The notes under the pieces are model-generated. The model did not search any database, was not told the DNA's origin, and saw only the letters and a list, made by a program, of their open reading frames with translations. Shown piece after piece: positions 1 through 7,462 of a DNA stretch of 27,050 nt. A program made the translations under genes and the position numbers. Origin of the DNA: Silvanigrellaceae bacterium (GTDB lineage Bacteria; Bdellovibrionota_B; Oligoflexia; Silvanigrellales; Silvanigrellaceae); the NCBI GenBank assembly GCA_049423385.1, contig JBMSQQ010000045.1, positions 1 to 27,050 of the forward strand, given 5' to 3'. The first letter of the stretch is position 1, and each line of letters starts with the position of its first letter.

Positions 1-1
1 C

Positions 2-2689
2 ACCATCGTTGATGGCGAGGAAGGTGCGCACGCCGCTGCCGGAGTTGAAGGTGAATGTTGCAGCGGTGTTTTTTGGGAAACTTCTGCTTGTGAGCAGTGC
101 CGCGATACCTGCCGCATCGAGTGTCTTCACGGCCCCGAGAACTTTGGGCGTTATGGCGTTGGTCCTTGTGGAGGGAGTGTCGATGCTGTCGGTAGAGATA
201 TTCAAATTTGTGATTCTGTCGGGAGTGCCACTCCAGAGAGATTCACCAACTGAAAGAAGCTGAAATGTGTTTGAGTTTGTGTTTCCTGTGAGTGTGTCAA
301 CCCCCGAGGTGAATCTCATGAGACTGGAACCAACGTCGTCATTCAGAATCAGTCCCACCACGCTTAACGGCGTCCCAACAGAGTATCCCGTCCCAGCTAC
401 AAGGCTGAGGATAACCGTTTCATCCATTTCCATGCTGGAATCACTTGTAGGGTCAACGACGACGGTGGCAGTCGAAGCACCTGAAGCGAAAGTGACGGAT
501 TGTGAACTCCCCGAGAGGATACCTGTGTAGTCACTTCCGTTACTTGCGGTTCCGGAAACTGTGTAGTTCACGGTGAGCGGATCGGACGTCACAATTGAGC
601 GAGTGAATGTAAAAAGCAATTGGCTGCTGCTGTCTTCCAGTGCGCTGTCTGCAGCCAGCGCTACGCTGATCGCCGGCACTGGCGCGGGATCAGCAGCACC
701 GTTGATCGTGCCGCTGATCCAGTAGTTGCCAATGCTGCCATAGTCGCTCCAACCTGTCGGTGTGCTTGAAGTCGGATCACCAAAGCCCACACCATCGAGC
801 TTGAGGTAGTAGGTGCCGGCGTTCAGGCCTTGCGCGAACAAGTGGGTTACAAGACCTGATTCGTCAGATGTAGCAATACGCTTTCCGTTACTGTCGAAGA
901 GCTCAACCGACAAATCGAGAGTTGAGCCATTTTCAACGAAATTCGTACTCGGGATGTTATCTCGAACTGGTCCAACCACTCCGGAAGCCGAACCTCCCCA
1001 AGCACCATCATCATCGACGTAAGCTCTGTACCAATAAGGATCGAAGGTCAGGTTCAGATCACCGCTGGTCGTGAGCTGGAAGGAGAACCAGTCGGAATCC
1101 ATCCGCGTCTCAATCGAACCAAACTGCGCAACACTGCCAGAGCTGATCGCCAGCGGTGTCGCAGTGTTGATGCTATTGCCCACCAAATCGAAGTTGAATC
1201 CAAATCCATTAAAACCTGTGATGACCTCGAGATCTCCAGCACCTTTATTATAGTTGGCGGCGATTCCGGTGTTGGTGCTGTTGTAGTAAGTGCCATCATC
1301 CCACTGGACAACATGCATGGTGTTGGAACTCGAACCCATGACGGGAGCCCAACTGACGATACCAACACCATGTCCGGCATAATATTCGAAACCCGAAACA
1401 CCATCATGACTCAAACCCAGTGAATGACCAATTTCATGACTGGCAGTTTTCGCTCCAATTGATCCTCTGGCGTAAATAAAAACGGGGTCGTCGACGTCGA
1501 AATTAAAATTAGAAACGTGAGCAATTCCAGCAGATGAGCTGGAGCTTGGTCCAAAGCTTGTGAACACGGCACGCACCCCAAAGTTTGGATCGGTGCTCCC
1601 ACTTCTGATCAGCCAGTCCTTCGGTGGTTCCATGGTGGTCACATTGACGTCGAAGGTGCTGAAACGCTGAGAGACTTGTTGCCATATGGCCTGAATGGTA
1701 TTCAGTTCCGAGGCGCTGAAGCTGGATGGATCTCCGTCCAGATCCCAAGCTGGTGAATAGAAGGAACTTCCCATGGTAGTGTTGTTCCACGATGTGCCTG
1801 TGGTGGTATGCCCATCAAAATCCAAATAAATCACCTTGCTTGCAGTGGGTTTGGATTGCAGTCGGAAGGTCTGTTCCGGTGGAAAAATATTTGTCCCGAC
1901 GACCTCATTACCGCTGCTGGTTAGACTCAGCTGAGTGACACTTTGAGCAGCAACTGGTGCGATGGCATCAGCAGCTTCTTTTTCGGTTCCCTCGCAAATG
2001 GCATCCCATTTGTTGATTACTTCGCCCGTAAGTGCGTCGACAAACACATGAAGTTCACTCGGGTGTTGACTTGACCCATGAGAGCCTTTGAGCACCACTT
2101 CGAATGCTTCTTTGGGCTCACCGCCCATGGCATAAATGATCGCTTCCGGTTCGACGCTTTCATGAAGTTCGCCTGTGAAAACTCCATGTGCGATGTCGTG
2201 CGCCTTTTCGGGAGTGATGAGGCCCGAGGCAGACAATTTGATTTCCTTCTGCAGATTCTTCTCGATTTTTTTCAGGTTTCCATCAGAGTGACTTTGAACA
2301 ACGACATCGCCGCCGATGACACGACGGCCATTGTAGATGCTCTCAAAGCGTACGGTCTCTTCTCCTGCTTCATTCATGATGACGGTTTGCACAGAGAAGG
2401 ATAAATCAGGGTTCGTGAGCATTGAATCTTGTTTTGCCTTGATATGGCCGAAGGCGCGGTCGATGGCGCGTTTGTAGGACTCCGGAGTTTCTTTACGTCT
2501 GGACACACTCTCCAGCCATGGCGCCGTCGTCGAAGCTCGCCTCTTACCAACAAGGCCTTGCATCAGCGTGTTCTCGGATGAACCGTTGGCTTTTGTCTGA
2601 ACGTTGTTTTTGTTGCCCGCTCCTTGGAAGCTGCAGGCTGTCAGCGCCATTAAAGAAGACAAGTTCAAAACAGAGAGGAAAGATCTCAT
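2..2689 (-). CDS. Large secreted lipoprotein zinc metalloprotease (FTP + PepSY propeptide, metzincin catalytic domain, PPC-like, Calx-beta, bluetail-like C-terminus); 3'-partial, at least 896 aa; absent from the ORF track
   Basis: Translated by hand: open from ATG 2689 (GAAGG upstream, in-frame stop at 2701-2699) to the window edge. N-terminus MRSFLSVLNLSSLMALTAC (lipobox Cys19). FTP-like TVRFESIYNGRRVIGGDVVV; PepSY-like ELHVFVDALTGEVINKWD; HEIGHSLGLSH at 1438-1406 with Met-turn WAPVMG; PPC-like DSDWFSF...LNAGTYYLKLDG; Calx-beta FTFTRS..LTVNYTVSGTASNGSDY..VTFASGASTATVVVDPTSDSSMEMDETVILSL; tail ..ATFTF..RTFLAINDG. Confidence 0.9.
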   Translation of the reverse strand, partial: MRSFLSVLNLSSLMALTACSFQGAGNKNNVQTKANGSSENTLMQGLVGKRRASTTAPWLESVSRRKETPESYKRAIDRAFGHIKAKQDSMLTNPDLSFSVQTVIMNEAGEETVRFESIYNGRRVIGGDVVVQSHSDGNLKKIEKNLQKEIKLSASGLITPEKAHDIAHGVFTGELHESVEPEAIIYAMGGEPKEAFEVVLKGSHGSSQHPSELHVFVDALTGEVINKWDAICEGTEKEAADAIAPVAAQSVTQLSLTSSGNEVVGTNIFPPEQTFRLQSKPTASKVIYLDFDGHTTTGTSWNNTTMGSSFYSPAWDLDGDPSSFSASELNTIQAIWQQVSQRFSTFDVNVTTMEPPKDWLIRSGSTDPNFGVRAVFTSFGPSSSSSAGIAHVSNFNFDVDDPVFIYARGSIGAKTASHEIGHSLGLSHDGVSGFEYYAGHGVGIVSWAPVMGSSSNTMHVVQWDDGTYYNSTNTGIAANYNKGAGDLEVITGFNGFGFNFDLVGNSINTATPLAISSGSVAQFGSIETRMDSDWFSFQLTTSGDLNLTFDPYWYRAYVDDDGAWGGSASGVVGPVRDNIPSTNFVENGSTLDLSVELFDSNGKRIATSDESGLVTHLFAQGLNAGTYYLKLDGVGFGDPTSSTPTGWSDYGSIGNYWISGTINGAADPAPVPAISVALAADSALEDSSSQLLFTFTRSIVTSDPLTVNYTVSGTASNGSDYTGILSGSSQSVTFASGASTATVVVDPTSDSSMEMDETVILSLVAGTGYSVGTPLSVVGLILNDDVGSSLMRFTSGVDTLTGNTNSNTFQLLSVGESLWSGTPDRITNLNISTDSIDTPSTRTNAITPKVLGAVKTLDAAGIAALLTSRSFPKNTAATFTFNSGSGVRTFLAINDG

Positions 2690-2820
2690 TTCCGGCCTTC
2701 ACTTTCTCGATTTTTATCGAAAAGTCGTGTCCAGATTTTTGGATCGGATTTTTTGGAATCAAGTTTGAGCGGTGCACTTTGATGTGGGTTGAAGTCACCG
2801 GGTTCAATGCAGAAAAGGCG

Positions 2821-2840
2821 AAATTTCAAGTTTGAAATTT
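2821..2840. promoter_or_regulatory. Inverted repeat AAATTTCAA-GT-TTGAAATTT, candidate operator upstream of the metalloprotease gene
   Basis: Perfect 9-bp arms with a 2-bp spacer, about 130 bp upstream of ATG 2689. It is AT-rich and not terminator-like. Confidence 0.4.
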
Positions 2841-3080
2841 TCTTTTGCTCGTTTTGTTTGTGGGGATGAAGGTCAAGATTTTCAGCGCTATCTCTCGATA
2901 AAACGCCAATAAGAAAAGACTCCCTGTTTATCGGGGGATCTCTGTCACTGTGTCAGTTTCAGCATTGCACCCCGAGTCACCATGGTTAACGTCGATGAAC
3001 GTGCCCAGTTTTTGCTCGCGGAAGTCCCCGGGCGTTCACACGCGTGGTTTTTTGAGTGTCGAGAGCCTTCGGTTTAAAAC

Positions 3081-5198
3081 TCATGCCTTCGCGTAAAGCT
3101 CTTCCCATTTCTCATGCGACGTTTTCAGTTCTGCCTCGAGTGCGGCGACCTTTTTTTGGCAATCCTGGACGACCTGAAAGGGTTTTCCTTCTGCATAGGC
3201 GGCATTGAGATCTTCCGTCGCGGCGGCCAGCTTTTCTTCCAATTCGGGAATCTGAGCTTCGAGGCGATCAAGCAGCTTCTTTTCATTGAATGTGAGTTTT
3301 TGTTTTGCGGGCTGCGCAGTGTTGCTTTTGTCATCTGATGCTGTTGCCGCTGGCTTGCGTTCTTCCTTCGCGGCCGGAGCTGCTTTGGATTGAGTCAGAC
3401 CATTGATGATTTGCAGCGCTTGCTCAAGGTCTGGCACGAGCGTCCATTGGCACGTTTCGCGATCGCGGATTTTCTTGATGCCCGAAAAAACCAAAATCTG
3501 CGTCGCCACTCTTTGAATGAAATAGCGGTCGTGACTTGTAAACACCACACCGCCGGAGAAGTTCATCAGCGTTTCTTCGAGCCCCTGCAATGTGGGAATA
3601 TCGAGGTCGTTGGTGGGCTCATCGAGAATCAGAGTGTTGGCTTGTTCCAACATCATCATTGCCATCAGCACACGTGCCTGTTCGCCGCCCGACAAATCCT
3701 TCACTGCGCGGTCTGCATCGTGGCGGGCGAAAAGAAACTTTTCAAGGTAACTCATCACGTGCATGTAGCCAGCACTGGTGTGAACGTAATCGCCATCCGG
3801 ACAAATCGACTGGCGCACTGTGGCCTTGGGATTGAGTGCATGCCTGTGCTGATCAAAATAGCTCACCTTGATGAGCTCGTGGCGTTTGCAGACTCCGCTT
3901 TCGGGTATCAGTTCGCCTGCAAGCACCTTGAGCAGGTGTGTTTTGCCACAACCGTTAGGCCCGACAATCGCAAGCCGCATCGAAGGCTTTACGACCAGAG
4001 AAAGGTCGATGGCCAGATGTGGGTATTGCTTACCGCCCGGATGTGGAACTGAAGTTTTTTCAAATTCCAGAAGTGTTTGCGAGCCAAGGTTTTCCTTGAC
4101 TGAAATCCAGTAATCCGATGCATCGCGTTCGCGGCTTTCGATTGAGGCTGTGAAATTGAGTTCAACAGTCGGCTTGTTGGCAGCGCGACGTTCTGCGCCC
4201 TGCAGTTTTTTTTCCAGGACAGCAGCTCGGTTGATGCGAGCCGTCTGTTTGGTGGTGCGTGCCGCAGGCCCTCGGCTCAGCCAGGCGAGTTCGCGTCGCA
4301 TGAGGTTTGCCAGGCGTTGGTTGCGCGTGCGTGCTTCTTCCATGCGTTGCACGCTTTCAGTGGCATAAGCCTCGTAGTTGCCCGAATAAAACTGGGTTGT
4401 GCCGTCGGTGATTTCCAAAATTCGGTTGGCCATCGTGTCGAGCAGCGAACGATCGTGCGAGACAATAGCCATGGCGATGGGTTCGGGGTCGTTGTCGAGA
4501 AGCGGAACTCCAAGCATCTGGAAGCCCGTTTCGGACAAATCAATCAACACGTCCTCGAGCCATTCGACGGTGTCGACGTCCAGATGGTTCGTGGGTTCGT
4601 CGAGCAGCAAAAGCTGAGGCTGGCTGATGAGTGCATGAATGAGCTGAAGGCGTTTTTGCTGGCCGCCGGAAAGTTGTCCAACGGGTCTTTCTGCAAGCTG
4701 TTCGAGTCCGGCCACGCGGATTGCGCCAGCCAGTGCATTGGGGATATCGACCTGTTTGGATTGGTGATGATCGAGTTGATGCTGCAGTTTGTCGAGTTCC
4801 AAAAGCCAGCGCTCATCGGAGCCCAGTTCGGGATTGGTCTCGAGTTTTTGCAGATGATTTTCGAATTTGGTTTGCGCTGCATCCGCTTGCGAGCTGCCAA
4901 ACACCGACTGCAATTGTTGGGTCAGAATCGCGCTCACGGTCGATTCGGGATTGAATGGAATGTTCTGATTGACGAACGCTTTGCGCAATTGGTTGCGCCA
5001 GGCCACGTGCCCCGCATCGGGCTTTCCGTTGCCGGCGAGAATGCGCAGCAGCGTGGATTTTCCGGCTCCATTTGGACCCACAATTCCCAGTCGGTCGCCG
5101 GGGTGTAGCGTGAGATCAAGTGACTCGAAAAGCGTTGTAACACCTATGCGCACAGCCAGATGTTGGCTTGTCAGCAAGGGTGAATCGGTGCTAGCCAT
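3081..5198 (-). CDS. uup: ABC-F family ATPase, Uup-like (about 705 aa)
   Basis: Two ABC cassettes (GPNGAGKST/LSGGQ/DEPTNHLD/SHDR and GPNGCGKT/LSGGE/DEPTNDLD/SHDR), no transmembrane segments, linker LMRRELAWLSRGPAARTTK and Uup-type C-terminal coiled coil KLTFNEKKLL..LEAQIPELE. ATG 5198 follows GGGAG. Confidence 0.88.
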   Translation of the reverse strand: MASTDSPLLTSQHLAVRIGVTTLFESLDLTLHPGDRLGIVGPNGAGKSTLLRILAGNGKPDAGHVAWRNQLRKAFVNQNIPFNPESTVSAILTQQLQSVFGSSQADAAQTKFENHLQKLETNPELGSDERWLLELDKLQHQLDHHQSKQVDIPNALAGAIRVAGLEQLAERPVGQLSGGQQKRLQLIHALISQPQLLLLDEPTNHLDVDTVEWLEDVLIDLSETGFQMLGVPLLDNDPEPIAMAIVSHDRSLLDTMANRILEITDGTTQFYSGNYEAYATESVQRMEEARTRNQRLANLMRRELAWLSRGPAARTTKQTARINRAAVLEKKLQGAERRAANKPTVELNFTASIESRERDASDYWISVKENLGSQTLLEFEKTSVPHPGGKQYPHLAIDLSLVVKPSMRLAIVGPNGCGKTHLLKVLAGELIPESGVCKRHELIKVSYFDQHRHALNPKATVRQSICPDGDYVHTSAGYMHVMSYLEKFLFARHDADRAVKDLSGGEQARVLMAMMMLEQANTLILDEPTNDLDIPTLQGLEETLMNFSGGVVFTSHDRYFIQRVATQILVFSGIKKIRDRETCQWTLVPDLEQALQIINGLTQSKAAPAAKEERKPAATASDDKSNTAQPAKQKLTFNEKKLLDRLEAQIPELEEKLAAATEDLNAAYAEGKPFQVVQDCQKKVAALEAELKTSHEKWEELYAKA

Positions 5199-5263
5199 AA
5201 CGCTTGTCTCCCACTTCAAAGGACGTCTGTGTCAACCCCGAGATCAACTCGCAGGAGTGAACC

Positions 5264-5869
5264 ATGAAGCTGTACTTTTCCCCGGGCTCTTGTTCAATGG
5301 CCGAGCACATCGCTTTGCGCGAAGCCGGAATTTCGTTTGAAACCGTGCGCGTCGACCTGCGTACCGGATTGTGCAACGGTGAACCCTTCAAGTCCATGAA
5401 TCCCAAGGGATATGTGCCAGCCATTCAGCTCGACAATGGCCAATGGCTCACCGAAGGAGTTGCACTGCTTTCGTACATTGCCGACAAGGCCTCCACTCCG
5501 GGCCTGTTGCCCGAGCAGGGCAGCTGGGAGCGCTACAAGGCGCTCGAGTGGCTCACGTTCATCTCGACCGAGCTGCACAAGGGGTTCTCGCCGCTGTGGA
5601 ATTCAGCTGCTGGAGTTGCAGACAAGGAAGCAGCCTGGGAGCGTTTGTCGCACCGAATCGGGCTTGTGGATGAGCAGCTCAAGCGCACAGAGTTTTTGCT
5701 GGGCAGCCGTTTCACGGTTGCAGATGCGTACCTTTTCACTGTTCTCAACTGGGCCGGAATGCTCAAGCGGAGCCTGGAACAGTGGCCTGCCGTCACACGC
5801 TACATGACCAACATCAGGCAGCGTCCTGCGGTTCAGGCCGTCATTCAGGCTGAGGGACTCAAGGGATAG
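5264..5869 (+). CDS. gstA: Glutathione S-transferase, beta class
   Basis: MKLYFSPGSCS (beta-class Cys), NPKGYVP, LTEGVA, FISTELHKGF, FTVADAYLF; AGGAG RBS. Confidence 0.93.
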   Translation: MKLYFSPGSCSMAEHIALREAGISFETVRVDLRTGLCNGEPFKSMNPKGYVPAIQLDNGQWLTEGVALLSYIADKASTPGLLPEQGSWERYKALEWLTFISTELHKGFSPLWNSAAGVADKEAAWERLSHRIGLVDEQLKRTEFLLGSRFTVADAYLFTVLNWAGMLKRSLEQWPAVTRYMTNIRQRPAVQAVIQAEGLKG

Positions 5870-6336
5870 CAGCCAATTCGGTGAGAAAATTCACCAGGGT
5901 TGTCTTGTCTTCGGCACTCAGTGGTGATCCCATCGGCATGCGCCCCGACGCAACTGCATTTTGCATGCCGGGTGCGGTTCTTTTCACCAACTCAAAATCG
6001 GCAAAATTGAGTGATGGAAGCCGCGCGCGGCACATCTGGCAATGGGTGTCGATCAGGCCTTTGATGCTCGCGTCATAATGGGCGCGCAGGCGGACATTGC
6101 CAGTGCCAGCATGGCACCTGAAATTGCAGGGATTGCTCGCCACGACGTCCACCAGTCTCGGCTTGTCTGTTTGTTCCGGACAAGCGAGTAATCTCCTGGT
6201 CACCTTGCGAGCAGACAATTGAACGACTCGACTCGCCACCGCGCCGTTCCAGGCTGTTCGCTGTTGCGGTTGAAGCCAAAACGACTGCGGCGGAAAGTGT
6301 TGTGAGTCTAGAAAAACTGATCAAATTGGAAAACGT
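5859..6336 (-). pseudogene. Degenerate exported c-type cytochrome gene, paralog of 20391..21134
   Basis: GGAGG (6347-6343) is followed 6 nt later by ACG (6336-6334), opening a signal-peptide-like FSNLISFSRLTTLSAAVVLASTATA; that frame stops at 6075-6073. The cytochrome domain YDASIKGLIDTHCQMCR...AVASGRMPMGSPLSAEDKTTLVNFL is in another frame and has CxxCR instead of CxxCH. Confidence 0.7.
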
Positions 6337-6520
6337 GACAAACCTCCAGGGGCTGTGTTTTTCGGACAGCATTCTGCCGTTCGTGCCATGCTTTTACGTG
6401 AGTCGAAATGCAGGAAAAATCTTAACGTGTCTTTCTGTGTTGTTATGATTTGTTCAGCCGAATTCACTTGCTTTTCGAGTCACGAAGATTGGGTGAAAGA
6501 ACCCGGAGGGCCGGACGAAC

Positions 6521-7189
6521 TCAATCGAGGTCGCGCGCCAGGGAAAGAACAACGGCATCATTTTTCAAGCGAAAGCGGCGGTTGTCAAAATCAAACGTCT
6601 GCGAGGATGAATACTCCACAAATTGATGTGCAAGTCCAAGCGCGACAAGCAAATCCTTGTTCAGTTTCCGGTTGATCACAAAGTGGGAGTTCAAAGTCCC
6701 ACGATCGTATTTGTCGAAGACCAAAAGGTTGAATGAGCTTGGCTTGGCTGAGATCGAATTGGCAGGCTTTGAAAGATTTGTTGCACCACCCGCGGAAAAA
6801 CCCAGGACATCGACGCTCACACCCAAGGAATATTCCGGGTTCACGATGTAGTCCGCATAAATCATTCCATTCGTTGACAAAACAGCCAGCTCAATTGATT
6901 GCACATTCTCGATTCTGTTCTTTTTTATTTCCGACGCTTCCGCTGTTGAAAATGTTGCCCCTTTTGAGCGGAAAAAACTGACCCGGACACCCAGTCCGAC
7001 GTTGAATCGATCCGCCGGCATGAATCGTGTCAGTCGGCTTTCAATGGATGTCGATTGCAACTTGTTGGAGTATGAGATTGCTCCACCCAAAGTGGCTGCC
7101 ATGACCGGAGATTGGCTCAGGGACGTGAGCATTGCTGCAGATGCAAGAATCACGCCTTTCATTTTCATGTATCCGAATTGAGTTGTCAT
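6521..7189 (-). CDS. Exported hypothetical protein, probably a small outer-membrane beta-barrel (222 aa)
   Basis: AAGGA RBS, signal peptide (KGVILASAAMLTSLSQSPVMA) and alternating amphipathic strands (FNVGLGVRVSFF, YSLGVSVDVLGFS, LLVALGLAHQFVEY, AVVLSLARD). Confidence 0.65.
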   Translation of the reverse strand: MTTQFGYMKMKGVILASAAMLTSLSQSPVMAATLGGAISYSNKLQSTSIESRLTRFMPADRFNVGLGVRVSFFRSKGATFSTAEASEIKKNRIENVQSIELAVLSTNGMIYADYIVNPEYSLGVSVDVLGFSAGGATNLSKPANSISAKPSSFNLLVFDKYDRGTLNSHFVINRKLNKDLLVALGLAHQFVEYSSSQTFDFDNRRFRLKNDAVVLSLARDLD

Positions 7190-7462
7190 TTTGTTTCCTT
7201 TCCTCGTCGCTGGAAAAAATCATCTCCGCCGGACAGTTGTACGGTCATGCCTGCGAAACGTTTCAACGTTATATTTTTCTTTTTATAACAGCGGGTTGTT
7301 GGTGCGGCAGAGCAGGGCTCCCAGTCTGCATGTGGCAGGTCCGGGTCCGAGCGTTGGAGATTGTGAGTTGCTTGACGTTCAAAACAAATACGCCAACAGC
7401 CAGCCAAATTCACCATCGGGAACTGTTGGAGCATGAGCTGCTCACTTTGCGGAGCTAGAATA

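Noticed and set aside
9..2835. Short track ORFs on both strands in 9-2835
   Set aside because: They are shadow or alternative-frame ORFs of the long minus-strand protease gene (2-2689) or its promoter region, with no motifs.
2916..2943. Imperfect hairpin GACTCCCTG/CGGGGGATC as terminator for uup or as a riboswitch
   Set aside because: On the minus strand, where the U-tract lies, the stem has two C-A mismatches. I recognise no riboswitch consensus.
6076..6150. Third-frame peptide ..GAMLALAMSACAP resembling a lipobox
   Set aside because: No RBS or basic N-region, and the frame closes within a few codons. The GGAGG/ACG signal-peptide frame explains the locus better.
6334..6336. ACG start rescued by C-to-U RNA editing or used as a non-canonical start
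   Set aside because: This would not repair the frameshift or the CxxCR motif; pseudogenisation or sequence error is simpler.
6374..6388. TGGCACG on the minus strand as a sigma54 -24 element
   Set aside because: The downstream GC is 2 nt too close and lacks TT, and sigma54 spacing is strict. A similar near-miss at about 10570 also fails.
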